NCBI GenBank assembly: GCA_900766585.1
Contig: CAAFVV010000030.1
Location: forward strand, 78,980-142,979
From: Clostridia bacterium
Lineage (GTDB): Bacteria; Bacillota; Clostridia; Oscillospirales; Acutalibacteraceae
Direction: 5' to 3'
DNA length: 64,000 bases
Shown here: one piece after another, positions 28,842 through 38,681 of the stretch
Layout of the letters: each line of letters opens with the position of its first letter
Position numbering within the stretch: position 1 is the first letter of the stretch
Notes under the pieces: generated by a model
What the model was told of the DNA's origin: nothing
What the model saw: the letters and a program-made list of their open reading frames with translations, nothing else
Database searches by the model: none
Program-made: the position numbers and the translations under genes

Positions 28842-29311
28842 ATTTGTATATCAAGCAGCGCGTGTTCGCTCTGGCGGATACCTTTTCCGTCTGCGACGAG
28901 GCTCAGCGCGTCCTCTATACGGTCCGCGGAGAGTTTCTGTCTTTCGGAAAGAAGCTGCATATCTATGACAGCGCCGGGCAGGAATGCGGCTTTGTCAGCC
29001 AAAAGGTCTTTTCCTTTTTGCCGCGCTATCAGATCTTTCTGGGCGGCATGCTTGCGGCGGAGATGCGCAAGGAGTTTACCCTTTTCCGCCAGGAATACAC
29101 GGTGGACGGACCGGGGTTTGTGGTAGACGGCGATTTTCTTGCCCACGATTACACCGTAAGCCGCGGCAGTGAGACCGTCGCGCGCGTATCCAAGGTGTGG
29201 CTCACCTGGGGCGACACCTATGAGCTTGCCGTTTCTGATACGGTCAACCCGGTTTTGGCGCTCGCCATTATGCTGGTGATCGACGCCTGCAATGAACCGG
29301 GAAATACATAA
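28838..29311 (+). CDS. LURP-one-related (tubby C-terminal-like, DUF567/YxjI) family protein
   Basis: MNLYIKQRVFALADTFSVCDE..FGKKLHIYDSAGQE..FSFLPRYQIF matches the YxjI/LOR pattern. Start overlaps the alr stop (ATGA). Confidence 0.5.
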   Translation: MNLYIKQRVFALADTFSVCDEAQRVLYTVRGEFLSFGKKLHIYDSAGQECGFVSQKVFSFLPRYQIFLGGMLAAEMRKEFTLFRQEYTVDGPGFVVDGDFLAHDYTVSRGSETVARVSKVWLTWGDTYELAVSDTVNPVLALAIMLVIDACNEPGNT

Positions 29312-29415
29312 ACGCCGCCCACAGAATCGGCGGGCGGTGCAGAAAAACAGGCAGTAAACCGGGCGGTTCACTGCCTGTTTTTGCCGTCTATTCTGTTTTT
29401 GCTGCGTCGATCGGC

Positions 29416-29853
29416 TCAGCTTTCCTCTCTCTCCCCGGTCAGGCGGCGATGCGCCATATAATTTTCCAAAATCACCGTCGCCGCAACCGCGTCAATAACC
29501 GCCTTGCGTTTTTTGCCGCGCACGCCGGTCTCGTTCAGATAGCCGATCGCCGACACCGTTGTCAGCCGCTCGTCCCAAAGCTCTACGGGAACCGCCGTAA
29601 CCTCCCGCAAGCGGTCGGCAAACTCCTCCGCCCGCCGGGCGCTCTCTCCGCAGCTTCCGTCCATATTCCGCGGATGCCCGACGATGATCCGTTCAGCCTT
29701 TGCGCGCCCGGCCTCCTCCGCCACCCGTTTGGCCATTCGCTCCGGCTGATAATACTGCTCGATCGTGCAGACGGGAGAAGCCAACTGTTCTAAGGGGTCG
29801 GAAATCGCCACACCGGTGCGCGAAAGCCCCAGATCTATCGCCATGATCCGCAT
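29416..29853 (-). CDS. ruvX: Holliday junction resolvase-like protein YqgF/RuvX
   Basis: MRIMAIDLGLSRTGVAISD N-terminal RNase H-like motif. 145 aa. Confidence 0.85.
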   Translation of the reverse strand: MRIMAIDLGLSRTGVAISDPLEQLASPVCTIEQYYQPERMAKRVAEEAGRAKAERIIVGHPRNMDGSCGESARRAEEFADRLREVTAVPVELWDERLTTVSAIGYLNETGVRGKKRKAVIDAVAATVILENYMAHRRLTGEREES

Positions 29854-29995
29854 AATTTTCTCCTTTTTCTTATATCCTAATATGAGATACTTTCAGTATA
29901 CCAAAAATCACGCGCATCGTCATTTGGTAAAACGCATAAAAATCAGTGCTCATTCTTGTGCACGTTATCTATTGACGGTCACATGACTTGGAGGA

Positions 29996-30586
29996 ATGAG
30001 AATGAAGGTTATCCCCGGCACAAACCTGTCCCTGCCCGATGACAAGCGCTGGGAGGCATTTTCCGTATTGGAGCCGGTATTTGCGCTGTCCGGCGGCGGT
30101 CTGCTGCTCTCCCAGGTCACGGAGATGACCGGACTTTCCCCCTCCACGATCCAGAACTGGGTCAAGCGCGGCTGGGTGGAAAATCCCGTCAACAAGCGAT
30201 ATGACGAACACCGTGTGGCGCGGATCCTGATCATTCACCTGCTGCGCCCGACCATGCAGCTCGAAAAGATCGTCTGTCTGATGACCTATATCAACGGGCG
30301 TGTAGACGACCGCTCCGACGACATCATCCCCGACCCCGAGCTGTTTGATATGCTTTGCGGCGCAATACTTGCCCTGTCCGATGACGACAGCTTTTCCGCC
30401 GCGGGCATCCGCCAGCTCGTGGAACAGACGGTATCCGGCTATGTCGAGCCGTTTCCCGGCGCACGTCCCCGGTTGATGAAAGCCATTACACTGATGTTGA
30501 TGAACGTTGCCGCCGCTGAGCTGATGCAAAGAGCAGGACAGATGTACGATGAGCTTATCAGCACGAAAGGAGAGGAGAATTCATGA
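29996..30586 (+). CDS. hypothetical HTH protein (possibly DUF1836 family)
   Basis: LSQVTEMTGLSPSTIQNWVKRGWV MerR-like HTH near the N-terminus. Stop overlaps the downstream NfeD-like start (ATGA). Confidence 0.4.
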   Translation: MRMKVIPGTNLSLPDDKRWEAFSVLEPVFALSGGGLLLSQVTEMTGLSPSTIQNWVKRGWVENPVNKRYDEHRVARILIIHLLRPTMQLEKIVCLMTYINGRVDDRSDDIIPDPELFDMLCGAILALSDDDSFSAAGIRQLVEQTVSGYVEPFPGARPRLMKAITLMLMNVAAAELMQRAGQMYDELISTKGEENS

Positions 30587-31272
30587 GCGAATGGTGGAAT
30601 GCTCTGCCGGTATTGCAGCAGTTTTTCTATGTGCTTGCCATTCCCGCCACGGTTTTGCTGGTCATCCAGACCGTTATGCTGCTGATCGGAATGGGACACA
30701 GCGACAGCGATATGGATCACGACGGCGATACCGATCTCGACCATGACCTTGACCACGATCTCGATCATGATATAGATCATGGTCTTGACGGCGGTCACGA
30801 TGTCGGCGCCTGTGATGCGGATCACGATTTTGACCACGGCGATACCGACGACACCGCTGTGCATGACACGGGTCTGCGCCCGTTTTCCGTGCGCGGCATC
30901 GTGGCGTTCTTCGCCATCTGCGGCTGGACTGGCGTCGGCATGCTGGATCTCGGCCTGCCGCCGCTGATCGCCTGCCCGATCGCCTTTGTCGCCGGCGTGG
31001 CTGCCATGCTGCTGGTTGCCGGTGTGATGGCGCTGCTGACCCGGCTGCAGCAAAGCGGCAATCTCAATATGCAGAATGCCGTCGGCCTGTCCGGCGAGGT
31101 GTACATTCCCATTCCCGAGAGCGGAAAAGGAAAGATCACCCTGATCCAGCAGGAACGCTTCACGGAGGCCGACGCCGTCTGCCCGTCCGGCGCACTGCCA
31201 ACCGGGCAGGCTGTGACCGTGATCGGCATTGCCGAAAACAATACCCTTGTCGTTCAACCGAAATCAATATAA
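30583..31272 (+). CDS. NfeD-like membrane protein (OB-fold C-terminus) with internal Asp/His-rich repeat
   Basis: TM-loop-TM-TM topology. C-terminal beta-rich OB-like domain GEVYIPIPESGKGKITLI. Located immediately upstream of a flotillin gene, as in yuaF-floT. The loop carries DMDHDGDTDLDHDLDHDLDHDIDHGLDGGHD. Confidence 0.7.
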   Translation: MSEWWNALPVLQQFFYVLAIPATVLLVIQTVMLLIGMGHSDSDMDHDGDTDLDHDLDHDLDHDIDHGLDGGHDVGACDADHDFDHGDTDDTAVHDTGLRPFSVRGIVAFFAICGWTGVGMLDLGLPPLIACPIAFVAGVAAMLLVAGVMALLTRLQQSGNLNMQNAVGLSGEVYIPIPESGKGKITLIQQERFTEADAVCPSGALPTGQAVTVIGIAENNTLVVQPKSI

Positions 31273-31285
31273 AGGAGTGTTTTGT

Positions 31286-32716
31286 ATGTCTATCCATCCC
31301 CTGATTGCGGCCGGTATTCCGGAGAGCGTGCTGATCGGCGTCATTGTTGTCGTCGTCCTGCTGTTCAGTCTGCTGCTGGTCGCCCTCTCCCGCTATCGCC
31401 GCTGCCCGTCCGACAAGATCATGGTCATCTACGGTAAGGTCGGTCAGAACAAGGACGGCTCCGCCCGTTCCGCCCGCTGCATCCACGGCGGCGCGGCAAT
31501 GGTCTGGCCCGTCATTCAGGCGTATGAGTACCTCGATCTAACGCCTCTGTCCATCAGCGTCGATCTGAAGAGCGCCCTTTCCCGCCAGAACATCCGTATC
31601 GACGTGCCTGCCCGTTTCACGGTCGGTATTTCCACCGAACCGGGCACCATGCAGAACGCCGCCGAGCGTCTGCTCGGACTGAAGCTCTCGGAGATCCAGG
31701 AGCTGTCTAAGGATATCATCTTCGGTCAGATGCGTCTGATCATCGCTACGATGGACATCGAGGAGATCAACACCGACCGTGATAAATTCCTTGCTGCTGT
31801 CTCCGCCTGCGTCGAAAGTGAGCTGCGCAAGATCGGTCTGCGGCTGATCAACGTGAACGTCACGGATATTTCCGATGAATCCGGCTATATCGAGGCGCTC
31901 GGTAAAGAGGCTGCCGCAAAAGCCATCAACGAGGCGCGTATCTCCGTGGCAGAGCAAAATCGTGAGGGTTCCATCGGTGAAGCCAACGCTGTGCGCGATC
32001 AGCGTATCTCCGTGGCGGCTGCGAACGCCTCCGCCGTGGACGGTGAAAACACCTCCAAGGCCAATGTCGCCAAATCCGACGCTACCCGCCGTGAGCAGGA
32101 AGCCGAGGCTCTGCGCCGCGCCGTAACGGCCGAGAAGCTCGCTGAAGCCAAAGCGCGCGAGGATTCCTATGTGGCCGAGCAGGCTGCCGAAAAGGCGCGT
32201 GCCGCCCGCGAGCTTGCCACCCAGCAAGCCGATATCATCGTCAAGGCGCAGATTGAAAAAGAGAAGCGCGTGCTGGAAGCCGAAGCCGAAGCCGAAAAGG
32301 CACGCCGGCTGGCACAGGGTGAAGCGGACGCTATCTTCGCCAAAATGGCTGCGCAGGCACGCGGTATGCAGGAGCTGCTCAGCAAGCAGGCTGCCGGTTT
32401 TGAGAGCGTGGTCAAGGCGGCAGGCGGCAGCCCCGATGCGGCGGTGCAGCTGATGCTGACCGACAAGATCGAGGAGCTGACCCGCATCCAGGTCGATGCC
32501 ATCAAGAACCTCAACATCGACAAGGTGACGGTCTGGGACAGCATGTCCGGCAAGGACGGCCGTTCCACAACGGCGGATTTTCTCTCCGGCATGATGAAGG
32601 CCGTGCCTCCGCTCAATGAGACGCTGAAAATGGCCGGCATCCAGATGCCCGCTTACCTCGGCAAAGAGATCGGGCAGGAGCCGACTGCCGCCGCAGCCGA
32701 GAAGGCCGCGGAATAA
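31286..32716 (+). CDS. floT: flotillin-like protein (SPFH/band-7 domain, FloT/YuaG-like)
   Basis: N-terminal TM. SPFH domain. Long Ala/Glu-rich coiled-coil flotillin repeats (AEALRRAVTAEKLAEAKARE...). Start at the ATG with AAAGGAG RBS. Confidence 0.8.
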   Translation: MSIHPLIAAGIPESVLIGVIVVVVLLFSLLLVALSRYRRCPSDKIMVIYGKVGQNKDGSARSARCIHGGAAMVWPVIQAYEYLDLTPLSISVDLKSALSRQNIRIDVPARFTVGISTEPGTMQNAAERLLGLKLSEIQELSKDIIFGQMRLIIATMDIEEINTDRDKFLAAVSACVESELRKIGLRLINVNVTDISDESGYIEALGKEAAAKAINEARISVAEQNREGSIGEANAVRDQRISVAAANASAVDGENTSKANVAKSDATRREQEAEALRRAVTAEKLAEAKAREDSYVAEQAAEKARAARELATQQADIIVKAQIEKEKRVLEAEAEAEKARRLAQGEADAIFAKMAAQARGMQELLSKQAAGFESVVKAAGGSPDAAVQLMLTDKIEELTRIQVDAIKNLNIDKVTVWDSMSGKDGRSTTADFLSGMMKAVPPLNETLKMAGIQMPAYLGKEIGQEPTAAAAEKAAE

Positions 32717-32845
32717 TCTCCGCCTGCTCTCCCCTATTCTCTCCCCCGATAATTATCCGGATACCGGAACGGCGCCGCACGGCTGCCGGACCGGTATCCG
32801 GTTTTTTCTGCCGTTTTTCAAGAGACGGCAGTGCCTTTATTGAAG

Positions 32846-32885
32846 AAAAAATCGCCCCGCCAAAAACAGCGAGGCGATCTTGTTT
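32846..32885. terminator. putative bidirectional terminator between the convergent floT-like and PBP1A genes
   Basis: A-run, atcgcc...ggcgat hairpin (6-bp stem, large loop), then T-rich. Weak. Confidence 0.3.
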
Positions 32886-32899
32886 GGCTGCCGATACCG

Positions 32900-35197
32900 T
32901 TAATTCTGATGCGCGGCAGATGACGTTGAGCCAGTCGTGCCGGAGCCGGAGGTGAACGTTGAAAACGGCGTTATCGTCGTGCTCAGGGGACTGCCGGCTG
33001 TCGACTGTGCACTGCCGGACGTTGCCGAGGATGCCGTTCCCGACCCGTGAAGTGTGCAGGGATCCGGCATGAAATTCTCTTTATACACTCCGACATATGT
33101 GCTGGTGCAGCCCTTTGTCGCGATCATGCCGGTCTTGCGGCAATACTTGGTCTCCACAATTCCCTCAGGGCGGTCAAACGCTGCCTTGGTCTTGTTTTTG
33201 TGCAGTGCCACCATCGCCTTATTCATCAGCGGACGGGCGTATTTCTGACTGGATTTTAGGTTCTTGTTGTAGTCGTAACCAAACCAGCTGGCACCGACAT
33301 AATATTTCGTACCGGCACAGAAATACACATCGCGGTCACCGTTGGCGGTACCGGACGTTGTACCGGTCTTGGCGAAGATCTCCCATCCGGTCCAGTAACG
33401 GCGAATATCGCGGCCTGAACCGGCAGAACCGGTCACAACCTCCTGCAGCAGGCGGTTAACGATATACGCGGAATCCGCCGAAATGGCCTGAAGAGATTTC
33501 GGCTTCTTTTCGAGCAGCATCTCATCGCCGCGGGTCACAGAATAATACGACCACGGCTCATTGTACACGCCGCCGTTGCCGAAAATCTGGTAGCCCGCGC
33601 ACATCTCCTTGACGGTCACGCCCTCGGTCAGTGCGCCGAGCGCCAACGGCGCCATATCCATATCCGTCAGCACGCGCCCGTCCTCGGTGCGGTAGGTTTT
33701 ATACATGTGTGAAAAGCCGAGCGTGCCGGTCATAAAGTCAAAGCTGTTTTTCGGCGTCAGCGTCTGCAAAAGGCGCGCAGGCACGGTATTGAGCGAGTCC
33801 TGAATCGCATAGTTGAGCAGAACATCGCCGTTATCGCGCAGACTGGCACGATAGTTAGTCGGCCAGCGTCTGCCGTTGGGCAGGGTGATATAGCAGTCGC
33901 GCACAAGCGAGGAATAGTGTACCAGATTGTATTGCAGCGACAGCGCATATACCGATAACGGCTTGATCGCCGAGCCGGGCTGACGGGTCGTCTGAGTCGA
34001 GCGGTTCTGGATGCGGCTTGCGGTCTTGAGACCGCGACCGCCGATGGTCACAGCGATGCGTCCGTCATAATTCATGATGACAAGACCCGTCTGCGGATCC
34101 TCCGCATCCCCGCTGATCTTTTTCGGATAGTTGCTCTCATCCGCATAGATTTTCTCCACAGCCTCCTGCTCGGAGCGGATCTCGGCGGAATAGATGTTCA
34201 GACCGCCGTAAAATACCAGACTCTGCGCATAATTGTAGGAATAGCCGTAGGTCTCCATGAGGTCGTTGATGACATCCTCGATCACCATATCGGTGTAGTA
34301 ATCGTAGACTGTACCGACGCTGGTGCGGCGCCGAAGCACATATTCCTCGCCGAGCGCCTGCTTGTATTCGTCCTCCGTGATAAACCCGCAGTCATACATT
34401 TTGGTCAGCACGAGCCGCTGACGGCGGCGCGCTGCCTCTGGGCGCTCATAGGGGTCATACAGCGACGGGTTATTGGTCACGCCCGCCATCAGCGCACATT
34501 CCGCCAGTGTGCAGTCACGCAGATCCTTATTGAAATACACATTGGCCGCGTAGCCAACACCGACAATATTCTCCGACATCGGCATGACGTTCAAATAGGC
34601 CTCAATGATATCGTCTTTCGTATAGGAAGTGCCTTTTTCCAGCTCAAGGGACTGCAGAATTTCCGTGATCTTTGTCTCAATGCGGCGTTTTTCGGGCGAG
34701 TTATTCTCATTGAGGATCTTGATCAGCTGCTGCGTAATTGTCGAGCCGCCGAACCGGCGGTTCGAGAGCTTCAGATAATTCAGCATTTCATTGACAAACG
34801 CGGAAACAGTGCGTTTCCAGTCCACGCCGTTATGCTCCAGAAAGCGCTCGTCCTCAATGGCGATAATCGCGTATTTCATGTAGACCGGCATATCCTCAAG
34901 CGAAGTCCAGATCTGATTTGCGCCCTGCAGCTTCAAATCCTCGACCCATTCGCCGGTCTTTTCATCCTTAATATAGATGTAGCTGCTTCCCTCCGCGCTG
35001 GCCTGATTAAGGTTCGGGAGATTCTTTGTGCCGTCAAAGTTCACGGACACGTAAATAGCCATCACGGAAACAACCAAACTGACGGCGATCACGCCCACCA
35101 GCATAAGTGTCAATACGATCTTGGCGATCGCGCCGAGCGTTTTTCGCACGACAGCAACCGACGGGCGGTGAAACCACTTCTTGCGGTCAGTTCCCAT
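32900..35197 (-). CDS. class A penicillin-binding protein (PBP1A: glycosyltransferase GT51 + transpeptidase) with Ser/Thr/Gly-rich C-terminal tail
   Basis: N-terminal TM. GT51 motifs ITQQLIK, EDERF. TPase SAIKPL (SxxK), KTGT. C-terminal SGSAQSTAGSPLSTTITPFSTFTSGSGTTGSTSS. Confidence 0.9.
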   Translation of the reverse strand: MGTDRKKWFHRPSVAVVRKTLGAIAKIVLTLMLVGVIAVSLVVSVMAIYVSVNFDGTKNLPNLNQASAEGSSYIYIKDEKTGEWVEDLKLQGANQIWTSLEDMPVYMKYAIIAIEDERFLEHNGVDWKRTVSAFVNEMLNYLKLSNRRFGGSTITQQLIKILNENNSPEKRRIETKITEILQSLELEKGTSYTKDDIIEAYLNVMPMSENIVGVGYAANVYFNKDLRDCTLAECALMAGVTNNPSLYDPYERPEAARRRQRLVLTKMYDCGFITEDEYKQALGEEYVLRRRTSVGTVYDYYTDMVIEDVINDLMETYGYSYNYAQSLVFYGGLNIYSAEIRSEQEAVEKIYADESNYPKKISGDAEDPQTGLVIMNYDGRIAVTIGGRGLKTASRIQNRSTQTTRQPGSAIKPLSVYALSLQYNLVHYSSLVRDCYITLPNGRRWPTNYRASLRDNGDVLLNYAIQDSLNTVPARLLQTLTPKNSFDFMTGTLGFSHMYKTYRTEDGRVLTDMDMAPLALGALTEGVTVKEMCAGYQIFGNGGVYNEPWSYYSVTRGDEMLLEKKPKSLQAISADSAYIVNRLLQEVVTGSAGSGRDIRRYWTGWEIFAKTGTTSGTANGDRDVYFCAGTKYYVGASWFGYDYNKNLKSSQKYARPLMNKAMVALHKNKTKAAFDRPEGIVETKYCRKTGMIATKGCTSTYVGVYKENFMPDPCTLHGSGTASSATSGSAQSTAGSPLSTTITPFSTFTSGSGTTGSTSSAAHQN

Positions 35198-35425
35198 ACG
35201 TCACTGATCCTCCTTATCCGTAAAGCCCGATTTTACGGGCTATATTTCTGCTTATACGATATGTATTTTACCTCATTTGGAGCAAAAAGTCAAATCAAAC
35301 CGCATAACTTTTTAGCTTGCAGGGAAAAACACGCTGTTACAGCTCAGTCAAACGGCGGTTTTTGTCGTTTTTCATCTGAAAACGCCCCATAATACCTGTT
35401 TTGAAAACTGTAAAGCGATTCACCT

Positions 35426-37186
35426 TTACACAGCGTCGAAAAACAATGCGTCAAACTGCGCCGTCGACTGCCGCCGCTCCTCTTCTTCGTCAAACGGCGC
35501 CCACGCCTTTTCGGGAGCTGCCATCAGCTCGCGCATACCGGCACAGATTCCGTCAGGCGTCTGATCGACCGTGATCTGCCCGCCGGGAACAGAGACGGAG
35601 GACGCGGCGGGATAATCAGACAAAACGATCGGCAGCCCCAAAATACGCGCCTCGATAACCGCCAGTCCCATCGCCTCATAGTGTGACACGAACACAAACG
35701 CATCGAAATGCTTCAAATAGGCAAACGGATTTTTCAGATCACCGGTAAACGTCACCTTATCGGCGACCGCAAGCTCTGCGGCCAATACGCGGAGCTTGTC
35801 CTCCCACTCCCCGCTGCCGATCAGCGTAAGGCGCACACGGTCGTTTTCCCTTGCCAAACGGGCAAAGGCACGGATCAGGGCATCCTGATTTTTTTCCGGT
35901 GAGAGCCGCCCCATCGTCACAAAGGAAAAACAGGCGGGATCCGGCATGGCGGCGCGAAGAGAGATACTGTTTGCGTCTCCGTCGCCGTAATACATCTTAC
36001 CGTCCCGCACAAAGGTGCAATCGGCAGCCGCCTTTTGCCGGATGGCATCGGCATCGATCAAATTATTGCAGAAAACAAAGCGGCCCTCCTGCCCGGGTAA
36101 AGCAAAATTACGGCGATTCTGCGCATAGACTGCCGCGGAAGCCGATACCACCCGGTCAAACCGCGGATACAGCTGCGTCACCACGGAGAGACCGGCGCAG
36201 AAATACCGGTAGCGGCGCTGTTTCCCCTTATCGCGGTTGGTCATATCCCGCCGGATATCGTTGTGCTGCCAGATCAGGCGGCGGGCGCACGGGATCTGCA
36301 GAAAAAGCAGCGGATAATAGGCGCCGTAGCCGGAATAATCGACCAGGGCGTCAAACTGTGCCAGACCGACCCGCCGCTTCGCCTCTCTTGCCAAAAACGC
36401 CCGCAGCGGCAGATAGGCGCGGCTGTCGGGATCGCCGCCGCGGCGCGACAGCTGCCACCAGCAAAGCCATTCCCTCAGCGTTGCCGCACGGGAACCGGAC
36501 GAGGGCAGGATACGCACCCATTCCGGCAGTGAGGACAGCATGTTCCTTGCGGCGGCGGATACACTCTCCGGCAGCAAAAGCGTGACGTCATACCGTGCGG
36601 GGTCAAGAGAGCGCAAGCGGTATATAAGCGAGGTGGTCACACCGTTCACAGCAAGCGAACCGCCATAGATCAGCAGCCGCCGGGGCGCCATGACGCTCCG
36701 CTCCGGCGCCGAATCCGGGGCTGCTCCGCACAGCGCCTGTACGCGCATATCTTCGGCAGACCCGTCGGGTAATACGACGATCCTGCCGGAAAAGATCGGA
36801 CCGACACGTTTTTGCAGCGCGGGCAGGTGCGTTTTTGCAACGACAAGCACCGCCGCCGACAAAAGCTGCGGCAGCGAAAACGCCGTGCCGCCGTCTGTCA
36901 GCATCAGCCGCAGCGATTGTCCCTCCCGTACGGAATACCAGGCGGGAAGCGGCACGGCAGAGCAGATCATTGCCGCCCGGGCCAGCTCGCGCGGCGTAAA
37001 TGCCGCCGTGTGGACATCCGCCCCCGTCTGCCGCCACGCATCGGCATAGACAGGCGGCAAATGCCGGTCGAGCAATACGCGGTTTGATTTCAGCGGTGTG
37101 CGCAGACAAAGCCGCGCATACCGGCAGGATGAAGAAAAGGGAGACAGGCGTCTCCCCATTCGTTCGATCCGACGGAATAAAGACAT
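35426..37186 (-). CDS. two-domain glycosyltransferase (C-terminal GT1/GT4 family domain)
   Basis: C-terminal E-x7-E-like motif region FVSHYEAMGLAVIEARILGLPIV. N-terminal ~300 aa of unknown function. Confidence 0.55.
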   Translation of the reverse strand: MSLFRRIERMGRRLSPFSSSCRYARLCLRTPLKSNRVLLDRHLPPVYADAWRQTGADVHTAAFTPRELARAAMICSAVPLPAWYSVREGQSLRLMLTDGGTAFSLPQLLSAAVLVVAKTHLPALQKRVGPIFSGRIVVLPDGSAEDMRVQALCGAAPDSAPERSVMAPRRLLIYGGSLAVNGVTTSLIYRLRSLDPARYDVTLLLPESVSAAARNMLSSLPEWVRILPSSGSRAATLREWLCWWQLSRRGGDPDSRAYLPLRAFLAREAKRRVGLAQFDALVDYSGYGAYYPLLFLQIPCARRLIWQHNDIRRDMTNRDKGKQRRYRYFCAGLSVVTQLYPRFDRVVSASAAVYAQNRRNFALPGQEGRFVFCNNLIDADAIRQKAAADCTFVRDGKMYYGDGDANSISLRAAMPDPACFSFVTMGRLSPEKNQDALIRAFARLARENDRVRLTLIGSGEWEDKLRVLAAELAVADKVTFTGDLKNPFAYLKHFDAFVFVSHYEAMGLAVIEARILGLPIVLSDYPAASSVSVPGGQITVDQTPDGICAGMRELMAAPEKAWAPFDEEEERRQSTAQFDALFFDAV

Positions 37187-37227
37187 CCCGCTCCCTCCGT
37201 TTTTCTCCGGCGGCAGTTAAGTGCCGC

Positions 37228-37689
37228 TCAGCGATTTTGTTCCTTCAGCGCCCGGTCGGCTTCGCGCTTCATATCCTTGCGCGCCGCATCATCCCGCTTG
37301 TCATAGAGCTTTTTGCCGCGGCACAAACCCACCTGCAATTTAATACGGCTTCCCTTGAAATAAAGCGACAGCGGGATCAGCGTGTACCCCTGCTGCTTCA
37401 TTTGTCCGAACAGGCGCAGGATATCGCGTTTGTGCACCAGCAGACGGCGCACACGCATGGGGTCACGGTTGAAGATATTTCCCTGCTCATACGGGCTGAT
37501 ATGCATCCCCTTGACAAACATTTCGCCGTCGTCAACAGAACACCAGGCATCCTTCAGGTTAACTGAACCGGCGCGCACTGACTTAACCTCTGTACCGACC
37601 AGCTCAATGCCGGCTTCAAAGGATTCCTCCACAAAATAATCGTGATATGCTTTTTTATTGGTAACGATCGTCTTGAGCGATTCAGCCAA
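37228..37689 (-). CDS. smpB: SsrA-binding protein SmpB
   Basis: [37 protein letters not shown] diagnostic. Confidence 0.92.
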   Translation of the reverse strand: MAESLKTIVTNKKAYHDYFVEESFEAGIELVGTEVKSVRAGSVNLKDAWCSVDDGEMFVKGMHISPYEQGNIFNRDPMRVRRLLVHKRDILRLFGQMKQQGYTLIPLSLYFKGSRIKLQVGLCRGKKLYDKRDDAARKDMKREADRALKEQNR

Positions 37690-37707
37690 CGCCGACCCCT
37701 CCTTTGC

Positions 37708-38307
37708 TCACAGCTCACTGCGCCCCTCAAGCGAACGGCGCAGCGTCACATCATCGGTATATTCCAGATCTCCGCCCACGGGGATTCCGTAAGCCAGACG
37801 TGTGATTTTCACCTCAAAGGGACGCAGCAGCTTCGCCAGATACATGGCGGTCGCCTCTCCCTCCACAGTGGGGTTGGTCGCCATGATGATCTCGCGCACC
37901 TCAGTCTCCGCCACGCGCACAAGCAGCTGTTTAACCCGCAGCTGCTCCGGGCCGATCCCTTTCATCGGCGAGAGCGTCCCGTGCAGCACATGATAGGTAC
38001 CGCGGTACTCGCCCGTGCGCTCAAACGCCGCCACGTCGCTCGGATCCTCTACCACACAGATCACGCCGCGATCCCGGTCCGCGCTGCGGCAGACCGGACA
38101 AAGCTCGCCGTCCGTCAGATTGTGGCAGACGGCACACTCGTGAATCTTCTCCCGCGCTTCAAAAATGGCATCGGGCAGCGCCTTTGCCTCCTCATCCGGG
38201 AGGGAGAGCAGATAATACGCCAGCCGCTGTGCGGACTTATGCCCGATGCCGGGCAGCCGTTCAAGCTGTTCGGTCAGATGCGCCAGCGGCGCAACGGTAT
38301 ACCCCAT
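37708..38307 (-). CDS. recR: recombination protein RecR
   Basis: HhH. C4 zinc finger CAVCHNLTDGELCPVC. Toprim domain. Confidence 0.92.
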   Translation of the reverse strand: MGYTVAPLAHLTEQLERLPGIGHKSAQRLAYYLLSLPDEEAKALPDAIFEAREKIHECAVCHNLTDGELCPVCRSADRDRGVICVVEDPSDVAAFERTGEYRGTYHVLHGTLSPMKGIGPEQLRVKQLLVRVAETEVREIIMATNPTVEGEATAMYLAKLLRPFEVKITRLAYGIPVGGDLEYTDDVTLRRSLEGRSEL

Positions 38308-38310
38308 AGG

Positions 38311-38658
38311 TCAGAACAGGCCGGGCATGGACATGCCGCCCGTCAGCTTGTTCATCTCGGTCTGTGAGGTCTCCGCCGCCTGGCGGATCGCCTCGTTCAC
38401 GGCGGCGCGCACCAGATCGGCGAGCATTTCGACATCATCGGGATCCACAACGTCCTGGCGGATCTCGAGTTTAGTCAGCTCATGGGTGCCGTTCACGGTT
38501 GCCGTAACCGCGCCGCCGCCGGCGTTGGCGGTATATTCGCGGGCATTTAGATCCTCCTGCAGCGCCGCCATGTCCTCCTGCATCTTCTGCGCCTGACGGA
38601 TCATGGACTGCATATTGCCGGGACCTTTTCCCATCCCCTGCGGTAATCTGGCTTTCAT
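38311..38658 (-). CDS. ybaB: nucleoid-associated protein YbaB/EbfC
   Basis: 115 aa. GNMQSMIRQAQKMQEDM. Conserved dnaX-ybaB-recR order. Confidence 0.9.
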   Translation of the reverse strand: MKARLPQGMGKGPGNMQSMIRQAQKMQEDMAALQEDLNAREYTANAGGGAVTATVNGTHELTKLEIRQDVVDPDDVEMLADLVRAAVNEAIRQAAETSQTEMNKLTGGMSMPGLF

Positions 38659-38681
38659 TATAGCTTCCTGCCTTTCGGTAT

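Noticed and set aside
30696-30852. Tandem DNA repeat possibly a CRISPR/VNTR
   Set aside because: Repeat units are short, imperfect, in-frame, and encode an Asp/His tract inside a clear NfeD-like ORF. No spacer/repeat architecture and no cas genes.
35851-36585. 244-aa Arg/Pro-rich plus-strand ORF
   Set aside because: Antisense, alternate frame of the glycosyltransferase gene. Composition typical of GC-rich noise.
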